Assembly: GCA_951406725.2 (NCBI GenBank)
Contig: OX597820.1
Span: 53,320,001 to 53,384,000 of the forward strand
Direction of reading: 5' to 3'
Source of the DNA: Octopus vulgaris
Lineage: Eukaryota
Length of the DNA stretch: 64,000 bases
The position numbers and the translations under genes are program-made. The notes below the pieces were generated by a model. It did no database searches, had not been told where the DNA came from, and saw only the letters and a list, made by a program, of their open reading frames with translations. Below are positions 11,159 through 25,977 of the stretch, in pieces (within the stretch, counting starts at the first letter, position 1; the number at the start of each line of letters is the position of its first letter).

Positions 11159-12029
11159 CATATATATATATAAATATATATATGCATTTTTACATATTCC
11201 ATTTTTCTCAAGACACTGCAATCAGAAACAATATTTATAAGCCAGGTATTCTCTGTATTCTATTTCATATGTCTGTGATATCTTCTAGAGATGAGGACTC
11301 TTTTGTTGTTTTTAGTTCTCTTGCCACATGCAATAAATATTATGGGCTCTACTTTGAATCATTGTGTTCTCAAATCATGTGATCCTATCCACTTATTTTT
11401 CTAGACATACCAAATACTGCCCACGTGGATATTTTTGCTGACAACGTTTTTAAGCATGGCAATTCGAAATACCAATTCCATTGTAGATTCTATTTTTTCC
11501 TTTTTTTTTTTTTCACATAGTTTCTATTGTTTCTCTGTCACTTCTCACAAATCTCTGTAACCCTCGCATCGGTTTTATATTCGATGTCCTCTTTGAAAAC
11601 AAAAAAAAACAGATTTTGTTCTGCTCGTGTTCTTAGCTATTTGCATTGATTTCCCTAATGGCGTTTTACCTTCGTTTAAATAGAAGAACCGATTTAAAAT
11701 CGGCACTCCGTTTGTCTAGTTTAATTTCTCTAAACCAAATTTGAATCAATTCCTCAAAAGGATCTTATATTTCCAGTTGTTTGCTATCGACATTGGGCAA
11801 CTTGTGCCATTGATATATATGAAACAAATGTTTGATTATCGTCTCAAGGCATTTGTATCTGCATCCAATCTGGTTCAGCAATTAATGCTGTTACCGCTAG
11901 GCAGAAAAGGAATTGAAAGAAGGACCCACATTATAATATTCCTCTTGTGTGAAATTCAATAATGTTATTCTCTTCCTTGTATATGATTCATTATCATATT
12001 CATAATAATATAAATGATATATTTTACCT

Positions 12030-12212
12030 TTTGTCTTTTTATTTGTTAAAGCCATTAGACTGCAGCCATATTGGGGTACCATCTTGAAGAACTTTTAGTC
12101 GAATGAATTGGCCCCAGTACTAAGTTACGGGGACATAGACAAACACCGAATGTGAACTGGGGGTGGGGGACAAACACAGACGCAAAGACACACCCACCCA
12201 TATATATATATA

Positions 12213-12287
<75 letters not shown>

Positions 12288-12455
12288 GCATACAAATCCG
12301 ATGGACTTCTATTAGTTTCCGTCTACCAAATCCACTCTCAAGGCTTTTGGTCGACCTGTGGCTATAGTAAAAGACATTTACCCAAGCGCCACACATTGGC
12401 ACTGAACCTAGAAACATGTGGTTGGGAAGCAACCTTCTTACCACAAAACATTCAT
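12030..12455 (-). mobile_element. SINE family B
   Basis: Reverse complement of the family B consensus with internal (TA)/(TG) tract. Confidence 0.8.
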
Positions 12456-12667
12456 GCTTCTGGAATCCACGCATGGAACAATGACAAAACCTTCTGGTAA
12501 GTAAGCCAGATCTTGGGCAGAAGACACTTTTGTTTTGATTTACTGTTTATTGGTCTCTAATTCATGATTAAAACTATCATACATAAGCCTTTCTACAATC
12601 ATTCCTTTTCCGGATGTTGTTTGTTGTCAGTTATTGCCGTTAAGACTTTGTAAACTGTATGTCAGTA

Positions 12668-12855
12668 CTCTTTTACTCTTTTGCTTGTTTCAGTCACTTG
12701 AATCTGGCCATGTTGGAGCACCGCCTTTTAGTCGAGCAAATCGACCCCAGGACTTATTCTACCGGTCTCTTTCTCCGAACCGTTAAGTTACGGGGACGTA
12801 AACACACCAGCATCGGTTGTCAAGTGATGTTGGAGGGACAAATAGAGACACACAA

Positions 12856-12923
<68 letters not shown>

Positions 12924-13185
12924 GTATATATATGTATATATATATATATGTATATATATGTATATATATGTCTATATATATATGTATATATATATGTATA
13001 TATGTATATATATACATACATACATACATACGACGGGCTTCTTTCAGTTTCCGTCTACCAAATCCACTAACAAGGCTTTGGTCGGCCTGAGGCTATAGTA
13101 GAAGACATTTGCCCAAGTTGCCACGCAGTGGGACTGAACCCGGAACCATGTGGTTGGAAAGCAAGCTACTTACCACACATCCGCT
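12668..13185 (-). mobile_element. SINE family B
   Basis: Reverse complement of the family B consensus, including tail and an expanded internal microsatellite. Confidence 0.85.
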
Positions 13186-13851
13186 CTTATTTATGATCCT
13201 GTAATATTTGGTGTCTTGCTCCCCCTTTATATGACGAGTTTCCTCTCGATGAACCATTTGTGATCTTTGTGTTCTCTTTTACACTTTCAGTTGTTGTTAA
13301 ATAACTTGGTTAGTACTTTATATGCGCTGATTAAATGTTCTAACTTGAAAATTCAGAATCCTGTCAATTCCTGGCTCTTTGAAATTTTGAATTGTTTTAT
13401 TTATTGTGTTTGAGCAATTTCTGTTACTGTAGCCCTTCACAATTGTCTAAGTTCTACACTTGTTGTTTTGGAAACATCTATCTACGGAAGCGAGCACAGT
13501 CCATATTCCTCTACATAACTGTTCTACTTTATTTTTGTTGTTTTTGCATTGCATATCACAATTAGTTGATTTAATTTTTGTTATTACTAAATTATTGATG
13601 AAATCGTTTTGGATTAGGGTTACACTGTTGTATTTCGCTTCATCCCTTTTATCTTTATTCAAACATTGCTGTCACTTTTGGGGGCACATTTCCTTTTCTA
13701 TCTGCTGTTTTTTATTTTATTATAATTTTTTTCGATTGAGGGTCTCTAATTTTAGAGGCTCTTCCATTTGGAGTAAGGTTTTAAACATATCTATTCGATT
13801 TTTCTATCTCCATCTTTCATCCTTACTGTCTCAGTCTGTCTCCCTATCTAT

Positions 13852-13947
<96 letters not shown>

Positions 13948-14028
13948 GTCTGTTTGTCTATCTGTCTGTCTGTCTATCTATCTCTCTATACATATATCTA
14001 CCTTTCTTTCTATATGTTACCTACCTAC

Positions 14029-14108
<80 letters not shown>

Positions 14109-15096
14109 GTCTGTCTGTTTGTCTGTCTGCCTGCCTGTGTGCCTGTGTGCACGTCTATCTGTCATTTACTTGCTTTCAATAAGGATTCAGAGTAATCTTT
14201 TATATCATTTTCTTTCACTGCATATTTGTTTACTACGTTTTAAATATTCTTTGTGACGATTCGACCTGCTACAGAGATTATTTAGTTTATATCGATGATA
14301 CTGATGGTTGCATTTGTTTTCATTAAATCAACGACAAGCTGGTCTCCATTTTGTGTTTTGCTGTTGTTCTTTTTTATTTTTGTCGCTTTTTATAGTTAAA
14401 CTTTATCTTTCGACGAGTCTACCATTCATCCATAGGAAGATCTATCGATTTTAATTTCTTTCACTATTCCCACATTTAAATTATTGTCATATTCAAAATT
14501 TCCACATTTAGAATTTTTTTATAATCATTTTATCCTTTTTGTTTTTTGTTTGTTTTTTACCATTTTAATTCTTCGCTTTTTTTTTTATCAATATTCTGTA
14601 GGTATGCTATGGATTGATTTTATTGCTTGCGCGCTTGTGAATGCATGTCTAAGCGAGATGGAATGGGAGAGAGACAGTGTATCTTAATTCATTTGACTCG
14701 GTTTGCATATGCTATGTCTATTCTCAGGATATACGTTGTCAATATTTATACTGTTATTTATCATTCGCATATTCTCGTTATTTGCATTCTCTTCATGTTT
14801 TTCTTTTTGCCCTCAGATTTCATTTTGTCTGCATGTTCTTTAAGCGTTCTACATCTATGGCTGATAACATTTCGATTTTCAGAATGTACGTTATATAATT
14901 TACTAATCTGTTATTGGGCGGCTCGAATTTACTTTTACACCAGATTTACTTTCTCTTCAAATATTAAATCTGTACAAATATTAAATCTGTTTCTAGTTAC
15001 AGGAAGAATGTTGCTGTAAAACATGTATGTAGTAAGGTAACAATATTACTCTCGTGGACATTTATGAGTGACTGCTTTTGCTGCGAGACTTGTGGA

Positions 15097-15580
15097 GTCA
15101 AGTCTGACCATGTATTTAGATTCATATTACTATTTAAAGACGCATTTGTTATCTGTTAATGGTTGACAAGGCCAGATACCTTAAGTTAAAAAACGGATAA
15201 TTGAAGAAAGAGCACGGGAGACTGATTATAGCCACATAAGAACAGCTCTAAGGATAAACTGGACCAAGAGAATGGCCAAATCTGGTCATGTATTTAGATT
15301 CATATTATTGTTTAAATACGCATTTGTTATCTGTTTAGGGATGACGAGGCCAGATACCTTAAGTTAAAAAAACAGAGAATTGAAGAAAGAGCATGAGAGA
15401 CTGATTATAGCCACATAAGAACAGCTCTAAGGATAAGCTGGACCATGAGAATGATCGATCAGCTGGACTGTTCAACCAGTTACAAAACTGCGTGGCAATG
15501 TAGATGAGGCTATGGATATTCACAAGATACACACAGCTTGCTCAAAAAGAATACGAGACATAAAATTGGGACAATATATT
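15097..15580 (+). pseudogene. R4/Dong-like retrotransposon C-terminal fragment with a 178-bp tandem duplication
   Basis: Units 15097-15274 and 15275-15453; translation KKEHERLIIAT*EQ...LAQKEY resembles the KETEGLIIAAQEQ...LA..EY..RH region. Confidence 0.5.
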
Positions 15581-15586
15581 GTAATT

Positions 15587-15875
15587 AAGGCGGCGAACTA
15601 GCAAAATTGTTACCACGCCAAACAAATGCTTAGCGGCATTTTGTCCGTCTTGACGTTCTGGATTCAAATTGTGAAGAGGTTAACTTACCTTTTCATCCTT
15701 TCGGGGTCGATAAAATAAATAGCAGTGAGCACTGGGGCCGATGTAATTAACTTCTCCACTCCCACCGAAGTTGCTGGCCTAAAAGACACTGGCCCAAGGT
15801 GACACACAGTGGGACTGAACCTGATACTATGTGAATGTGAAGCAAGTTTCTAACCACACAGCCAGGCCTGCGCCT
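15587..15875. mobile_element. SINE A (plus) abutting a SINE B head (minus)
   Basis: Family A head and core 15587-15780, then reverse-complement family B head to ~15875. Confidence 0.75.
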
Positions 15876-16545
15876 ATGGTGTTGATGATTATAATGATAA
15901 TAGCAATGATAAATGTTACGATGGGTTTACAGACTGGTGAGTAAATCATTATCGTTTTTCGCTTTCTTGAGGGACAAGGATGTCACAAAAATGAGAAACT
16001 GTGCAATGTGTCAGCGTCTATTTGAATATCGAAGGAAACACGAAGCATCGGTTTGGTAAATCCCCTGGAGACTGATAGCCGAATAACACAAATTGCAATA
16101 TTTTAAAAACACGCTCTCTAGAGATCTGAACACTTCAAACGACAGAGCACAATTTCTAACTTTAAAATATCTGCCCTATTCGACATGATGGTTGAAGGAA
16201 AATTATTACAGAGATGCGCTGATAAATTATAGAAATTTATTCATAGCGTTAAAGGTGGTGTGAAGAAGTGTAGAATAAGGAGGGGTGGAGAAAGAAAGGT
16301 ATGAGATGAATAGAAAAAAAGTGGGATATAGAGACAGAAGGAGAGGAAAAGAGGAAGGAAGAATGAGTGTGTGTGTGTGTGGTGCGTATGTGTGTGAGTG
16401 TGTGTGGTGCGTATGTGTGTAGGTGTGTGTGTATGTGTGTATGTGTGTGTGTGTGTAAAATAAAAGAGATAGGTGAAGTGAAATACAATTCGAATTATGA
16501 GTATGAAGAGAATGATACTGTGAGATTAATCATTAAGAGAAACGA

Positions 16546-16591
<46 letters not shown>

Positions 16592-16735
16592 GAGAGAGAG
16601 AGACGGAGAGAGAGAGAGAGATACATACATTTATATATATATATATATATATAGACTTACATACGAGAGCAGAGGTGACAGAGATGATGTATCATGTGAG
16701 AGAAGAGTAACAAAAGACAGAGTTTGTAGACAGAC

Positions 16736-16821
<86 letters not shown>

Positions 16822-17068
16822 GGGACTTGAGAGAGACAGTGAAAACACAAAGAGAATGATTGTGGACTCGTCCTCTCTTATTTTCTCCATGAAATTGAAA
16901 GAACATTCAGTGAAAGGACGAGAGGATTGGAAAGAAAGAAGAGGATTGGAAGAGAAGCAAGAAAATACAGCTCAAATATCAATAGAGAAAGGTGCAGAGA
17001 GAGAGAGAGAACTACTTAGAGATTTGAGAGAATATTTAAGGCAAGAAAACTTAATATATTAAAAAGGT

Positions 17069-17580
17069 AAGGCGGCGAGCTGGCAGAAACGTTAGCACCC
17101 CGGGCGAAATGCGTAGCCGGATTAAATCGAAGTAATCGACTTAATCCGTTTGTCTGTCCTTGTTTGTCCCCTCTGCGTTTAGCCCCTTGTGGGTAGTAAA
17201 GAATAGGTATTTCGTCTGCCGCTGCGTTCTGAGTTCAATTTCCGCTAGGGTCGACTTTGCCTTTCATCCTTTCGGGGTCGATTAAATAAGTACCAGTTAC
17301 GCACTGGGGTCGATGTAATCGACTTAACCCCCTTGTCTGTCCTTGTTTGTCCCATCTATGCTTAACCCCTTGTGGGCAATAAAGAAATAAGAAAGGTTAG
17401 CACGCCGGGCGAAATTCTTATTGGTATTTCGTCTGTCTTTACGTTGAGTTCAAATTTGGCCGAAGTCGACTTTGTCTATCATCCTTTTGGGGTCGAAAAT
17501 TTAAGTACCAGCTGCATACTGGAATCATTCTATTCGACTGGCCGCCTCTCCCAAAATTTCGGGCCTTGTACCTAGAGCAA
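17069..17580 (+). mobile_element. Concatemer of SINE family A units
   Basis: Three partial units joined via the tail AAAGAA(A)TA to GGTATTTCGTCTG or GTTAGCACGCC. Confidence 0.85.
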
Positions 17581-17936
17581 AAAATTCCCCAAGTTTTACT
17601 CCCCTTTTTTTTCCTGATCTCTACCACAGGGCTGTGGGCGGCATGTAAGCCACCCCAATATGGCTAAGGAAACTTAACTGTCTCTTACCTCAACATATGT
17701 TCTGTCAAGCACAAGTTATCTATCCCACCCGAGTGATCTTACAGTGCGCTCGTTCACCAGTTCGAGTTTTTAAATGTCGGCACGCTCTGTCATCCGTTTG
17801 TCATTGAAGCTACGATGAGCTCATCCGTCCTTTAGTTAACCCGGTACACGTGGTTGGGTCGACAATGATTAAAGCTCTACACAACCAGATTGGTATGATG
17901 ACGAAATTTACTAAAATTTAGCAACACGCGCGTACA

Positions 17937-17977
<41 letters not shown>

Positions 17978-18132
17978 AAATATTCAGAAAGTTTAATTTC
18001 TCAGCTTTACAAACGCACCGAGTTCTCTGAGGTAATCATACTTAGTATATTGTGCTTGAATATTTATATGCGAATGTGCATGTTTACATATGTATCTTTG
18101 TACTCTCACACACACACACACACAGAGGCATA

Positions 18133-18217
<85 letters not shown>

Positions 18218-19170
18218 GTGCGCTCACATATCCAAAGGGCTATTGAAATGAGTATCAGACATTATCAAATAAAGGATTTAAGTAGGTAAAAGTGCTGAGA
18301 ATTAATATTTATTTATTCATTACAAAGTTTCGTGATTCGCTGCAACAAGTTTTGATTACCACTTGATAAGATTATAAGATCGAAACATACTGCTGTTGGT
18401 CACGAAACTCAAGTTTTATACACACAGACACACAGGTACACAAGAACACACACACTACATGTACTACATTCACACAGACAGACATATATATACATATATA
18501 TGTGTGTCTGCGTGCGCACACACAAATACATATGCACATACACACATTCGCACACGTAGCTGCACACACATCTTAAGTATTTCCATACTTATTTCTCCTT
18601 TCTTCTGTACCATTTACTCTACCACTTTCAGTATGTATATATATACAACCATATGTGGATGTGGGTATATATAATTATATATATAATATATATATATATG
18701 ATTGTATGCACACGCATGTACGTATGTCTGAACGTATTTATGTATGTACGTATATAGGAAGAGAATTATTGCCTAATGTTTAATATATACTGGAAATATT
18801 TCATTGTTCTGTAGTATTGACATTCAATCCTACCTTTGATCTAGCAATTAGTTAATCACCTGATTTACACCCTGCCCCTCTTAAGATTCCATGTTATGTG
18901 TCATCTTAGCAGTCTATCTCCTGCAACCATATGCAATCCAGTTCATTTCCAGATCTTTCTTACATGTATCAGTCTGCAGAAGTGAATGCTGAACATAAAA
19001 ATTCGTTGATCCCCCAGTATAGTATTTTCTGCAATGTTTATGAGCACAATACTTCCTCTTCTCACTAAAAATTGAAATATATCTCCCGATATGAACTCAG
19101 AAATACTTGTTTGATATATAGGGATGTGGGAGATAAATGAAGTGTAGATAGGATATGTTGCTTATATAAA

Positions 19171-19498
19171 AAGGAGCACTCCGTCGATTAGAACGACGAG
19201 TGTCCCAGCTGATACGATCAACAGAACAACTTCCCCGTCAAATTAACGTGCAAGTGGCTGATCAATCCACAGACACATGTACCCCTAACATTGTTCACAA
19301 GGAGATTCAGCGTGTCACACAATGTGACAAGGCTGGCCCTTTGATGTACAGGTACAACTCATTTTTGCCAGCTGAGTGGACTGGAGCAACGTGAAATAAA
19401 GTGTCTTTTCTCAAGGACAAAACGCGTCGCCGGGAATTGAATTCACGACATTACATTCATGAGTCGAATGCCCTAACCACTAAACCACGCCCCTTCAC
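19171..19498 (-). mobile_element. tRNA-derived SINE family C (GTGAAGG head, CACTTTATTTC-GTTGCTCCAGTCCACTCAGCTG core)
   Basis: Head and core shared with 31167-31441 and 31795-32146; different 3' tail. Confidence 0.8.
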
Positions 19499-20577
19499 TG
19501 TTCATATATAGATATAGATGCTGCAGTAATGAAAAACTACTATTGCGACTAGTTCCTCAAATGAATGAATTGTTAAGGAATCTGCCTCCCAATCCTAGTT
19601 CGATCCTACAGCATGATGCTTGGACAAGTGTTTTATACCATATCCTCTAGTCGACCTGTTACATGGGTGAAACTGGGTCGAGCAAATCTATGAGGAATTC
19701 AAAGGTTCGGCTTTGTTATATTTTGTAACAAAATTTCTGCTTCAGGTTTGCATAACGAATACACGTGTTAATCGACTACTCATCCAATTGCACGATATAT
19801 CAATATGATCCAACACCTGAATATCCATCGTTGAAAGTAACAGATATGCAATTCTCTTATAAACAACCATCAGGCATTTCTTTCCTTTTGTTTTTAATTC
19901 GATGCTACCCTTTTAGCTTTTATTTTAATCTGACAACAGCTTCGACGCCCAAAGACGTTCCGTGCCTCCCCCAATAAGACGCAACTATTGTGAATGGTGT
20001 TTAGATTAAATTTCTATAGAAGGGGGAAATTTTGATGAAGTTTTAAATAAAGTCTTGAACGATATCTTAATTCAAAACTTGTAGGGTGAAACATAAATAA
20101 GTGTGCTGAGGAATAAAATTTTGTTGTGCGCGATTTGTAACTTAAACAAAGTTAGCACATTTGAGTAGACCTCTGGTGAGAAAAATTCCAGCTGTGAATA
20201 TCTCACCGTCAATATTCTAGGCTTAGTGTCCCACGGAACAAATTATTCGGTAAGGTGTAACTTGAAGAGGTGGGCAGCTTCTATTTCTAACAGTTCGGAT
20301 AATCACGTAGTGGTAGCCGATGTTGGTGCTTAGGAAAGAAGATTCATAAATCGAATTATACAACCGAGAAAATCGATGACAGCATTTAGTAAGTCATTGA
20401 AAGGATTCCATCGATGAGTTAGTAGCAGATGTATAGTCTTTTCTTCGATGATTTGGAACAGTGCTTCTCAAATATTTGAAACTATATCTCCCCACTTTCT
20501 TTTGCTTATACAGCTTTTGAAAGCCTCCTTTCTACAATTAAATGCTTCTTCCTATATGTAATGTATATACACGTAAT

Positions 20578-21990
20578 ATCGGTTTCAAATTGCGGCACAC
20601 TGCCAAAACTTTTGGGGGAGGGTTACGTCGATTACATCGACCCCGGTATTCAACTGGTACTTATTTTATCCACCCCGAAAGTATGAAGGGCAAAGTCCAA
20701 CCCGACAGAATTCGAACTCTGAAAAAGTTCTATTTTTTTCCGCCGCAATTTTTCCCGACGTACTAACGATACTGCCAGCTCGCTGCCTGATATATACGCA
20801 ATATCAAGGCACAAGAAGGCGGTGCAAGTCGAGAAAAATGCTTAGCGACATTTCGTCCGTCTCTACGTTCTGAGTTCAAATTCCACCGAAGCTAACTTTC
20901 ATCCTTTCGGGATTGATACAATAAATACCACTTGGTCACTGAGGTCGATGTAATAGACATACCTCTTACCCCGAAATTGTTGGCCTGGAGCCAAAATTTG
21001 AAACCAATATCAAGTTACAGTAATTTACATCCGGGTACTAGTCTGGCGCGGATGACTACTGACCACATCACTACAGTATTATAAGCAAACAACATACGCA
21101 TTAGATAGGATGTAATCGATTTTGTTTATTTATTTATACATATTTCCATGGCTATTATAATTGTTGAAGAAAAGGCTGCTAGCTGGCAGTAGCGTTAGTA
21201 CGCCGGGCGAAATGCGTAGCCGTATTTCGTCTGCCGTTACGTTCTGAGTTCAAATTCCGCCGAGTTCGACTTTGCCTTTCATCCTTTCGGGATCAATTAA
21301 ATAAGTACCAGTTACGCACTGGAGTTGATATAATCGACTTATTCCGTTTGTCTGTCTTTGCTTGTCTCCTCTGTGTTTAGCCCCTTGTGGGTAGTAAAGA
21401 AATAGGTATTTCGTCTGTCTTTACGTTCTGAGTTCAAATTCCGCCGAGGTCGACCATGCCTTTCATCCTTTCGGGGTCGATTAAATAAGTACCAGTTGGG
21501 TACTTGGGTCGATCTAATCGACTGGCGCCCCCTCTCCAAAAATTTCGGTCCGTATGCCTAGAGTAGAAAGAATCGTTAGAATGCTGGAGATAATGCTTAA
21601 CAGCTTTCCCTCCAAGTTCTGATTTCAAATTCTGCCCAGTCGACTTTGTCTTGCGTCCTCTCGGGATCGATTATAGAAGTACGAGATGAGCACGAGGGTC
21701 AATGAAATCGACAAGACACCTCCCCCAAAATTTCTGGCCTTCTGCTTATAGTAGAAAACATTATTGTTGATGATAATGCGGCAGACTGGCAGAGTTATTA
21801 GCACGCCGGACAAAATGCTTAGCGGCCTTTCATCCGTCTATTCGTTCTGAGTTCAAATTCCACCGAGGTAGTAGACGTTACCTTTCATTCTTTCAGGATC
21901 GATGAAAGAAGTACCAGTCGAGCACTCAGGTGCATAATATCGACTTACCCCTTCCCCTAAATTTGTTGATCTTGTTCCAAAATTTGAAAC
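20578..21990. mobile_element. SINE family A cluster (one minus copy 20578-20790, several plus copies)
   Basis: At least five family A cores. Confidence 0.85.
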
Positions 21991-22408
21991 TTTCATTATT
22001 GTTGATGTTGTCGTCATTGATATTGCAGCTAAGAGAGGCAGCTTATCGTAATATTACATTTTAAAAAAATGTTCAAGTTAAAAGGAGGCAACATCTTGAA
22101 AAACTACACATCTATCACTCTACTTACGGCTTCCTTCATTTTCAGTACCCATACAAAATTCTTTCTCTGATATTTTACATAGTTCAACCTGCAAAAGTTA
22201 ATGTGTATTAAACAAAATACGAATTTTGAAAGGAATATCTAGAAAACTAGCTTTTAAATATCGAATGGTTATGGAGGTGCACGAGAATAAAATAGTAATC
22301 AAAAGGGACATTAGATAAAAAAATAAGTTGAGAACTCCTACATCTGTTCTGTTCCAGCTCAATTTTGTTCAAATAATCGTCATAATCCCATTATATTTCC
22401 AGATATTG

Positions 22409-23362
<954 letters not shown>

Positions 23363-24699
23363 ATCAGTTGAGCTGAGGTAGAACTGAAATTACTTATACT
23401 GTGCAAAATATCTATGATTTGAAGCAGGTAACCAGTTATGTTCTATATCGCGTATCATTTTGAATATTCCCCACTTTAATCACAACTGACCTTCACAGAA
23501 ATGTATAAATCGTAGCGGAAGTTTTTAACGTATTCTTGTTTGAAATGTGTGAATGTATTCAAATTTTTTTTATTAATTCTGGAATTTATCCCAGCCAGTC
23601 CTTCATATAGATGACATTGTAAATTATTTTCGCGGCAGTATTATTCGACACAGGAAGTTAATATCTTTATTGAATTTTAGGAATGTTACTGATTGTATAT
23701 GAAATATATTTGCCAACTCTATGACATAATATGCATTTTACAGCCGCATTTTAAGAGATTAGAGGTTTCACGCACATCTCCCTCACTCTCTTTGCCCCCC
23801 CCCCTATCTCTTTCTCTTTCTTCTCAACCCCTAACACTGTCTCGTTTAGCTTATGTTATGTAGTTCTGTTTTTCTCTGATATTTAGTATTTGTTTATTTT
23901 AATTTAAAATTCATAGTTAAATTAGTTAAGACACTTCGTCGAAACGGGGCATATTTAGCCTCAATGTGGATACAACTCGAAGTTCAGGAGTTACACATAT
24001 CATCAACTGACGAGTGTTTTAAATGGAGTTAACTCCTGACTTGAAAAGGTCTTTTTCACTCCTCACTTGACTAACTAACTGATGCCTTTCTATTTATCTT
24101 GCTGTTGTTTAACGTGTAATTTGATTTATATCATATGACAGCTTTTTAATCCGACGCCACTACACATGTTCTTTCGTTTGACGGGAATGATGTCTATACC
24201 CCCATTTCTCTGCAAGATTCCATTTGATTTAAAGAATGTTGCGGGTGGTAATATCGATGGAGTGGTTTCCCTCTGTAAGTTAAGTCAACTACATGCTAGT
24301 ATTGTCACTGGAAAAGCGAAGTGAATGCATTGGAGTTCATTTTCTTTTAGTATGAGAAAATCAGCAACTGTTAGATATTTTAGACTTACTGCAATAATTT
24401 TTTTTATCAGTGTCTGGTCACAACGTCTTTACATGATATATTTTCGTCCATATTTAGATTATTTACAGCCCACATCATTAGTAAATTGGATGACAAACAG
24501 GGATGTATAGAAAAAGATGGGGAGAGAGAGGGAGAGAGAGAAGGAGAGAAAGAGAAACAACGGAATAGAAACCATTCTCGTCTGTTCACGTAAGTGAATC
24601 TCTAAATATATTTCTTTTTTCTTATATCTGATATTCTATATTAATATTTCTTATATCAGCTACAACCGTTCTTTTTGAATGTAATACATGTTGTGTAGA

Positions 24700-25701
24700 T
24701 CATTAGATCATCAGCCAATAAATTATGAGTTTCATGGCGTTTCTTCTTTCAGAAGACTCTCGGAATTTTATAAATTGTTCCTAAAGAAGTGGATTCAGTG
24801 ACAAAATAAAGAGAAGCATCAACAGATTCTCCTCACAGAATATTTTCTTTTGAAAGATTTATGACTTTGGAGATATATGCTTTTAGCTTAGAAGGACAAG
24901 GATGATTAACCAGGTATCTTTTAACCTTTCTGTAAAGTAGTAGCTGGGGGAGGAAATAATTTCGACAAATGGAATCATCATCACGAGAAGGGAATAGAGT
25001 CAAATGTCTTCCTGCAATGAAGTCATAACATATTACTAAGCATCCATAGTGCTTTTTTTTTTGTTTCTTATCAAATTTTTATTTAACTGATGAGACCAGA
25101 TTTATGTATTAAAAGTTCTTCAGTACCCCCACCTACACCCACACCCACACATAACCTCTTCCTGCTTGAACTTCCCATGGTCTTGCGAAGTTAGTTGAGA
25201 CAACTTATGTAAAACTTATTACAACATGTTTAAGCAGGCAGTAGACCTGAAATTTTTCTGATAAATAGTTGTTTTCATATAAACTCGTTTGATATATTAA
25301 TTTGACCTCCCATAGTTCTTTTAAATATACAGGTGAGTAGTCTTCTGCAACATAGCATCGTCTTATACTAATATCTAACTATTAAGTATCTTCCATTATG
25401 TAACTTTCTTGCGTCTTTAATGAAACTTTCAGAGTTCATAAAGTTTTACTTTTTGATGTTGGTACAATATATTCTCCTCATTGTATTCAACCATGATGTA
25501 TTATGGTTGAAATGATTTTCTTTTTAATTTCTTAGATATTACACCAAATAGATTTCATATCTTTTTCAAAAGAGAATCGTTTATTTATATTTTTATCGCA
25601 GATGAAACTTTTAAATCTCTGATATATAGCCAGCAGGAAAGAGACATACTTGTGGCTACATGCATATGTGCAATTATTTCTGTTTCTCTCTCCCTCTCTT
25701 C

Positions 25702-25799
<98 letters not shown>

Positions 25800-25891
25800 G
25801 ATAATGAGAGAGAAACATACAGTTAGCTAGCTAGCTAGATAGATAAATAGATAGACAGATAGAGAGATAGGTAGGTATTTAGGTAGGTAGG

Positions 25892-25977
<86 letters not shown>

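Larger units (their letters stand above)
11230..13800 (-). pseudogene. Fossil R4/Dong-like non-LTR retrotransposon RT, interrupted by two SINE B copies
   Basis: Collinear degenerate motifs on the minus strand: PGIDRILNF (~13360, cf. PGPDGIHNFW), WFIE...KYYRII (~13200-13255, cf. NYRPI), DCRKAY-DSFNH (~12570-12600), TRGIL*CGS...LFCLAV (~11895-11950, cf. RGI.QGD.LSPLLFCLA). Confidence 0.6.

Noticed and set aside
13460-14182. 240-aa ORF
   Set aside because: Antisense to a fossil retrotransposon plus (TATC)n; no coding signal.
23975-24056. CTGACGA...GAAA..GTC hammerhead-like string with a short inverted repeat
   Set aside because: Stems I and III do not pair convincingly.
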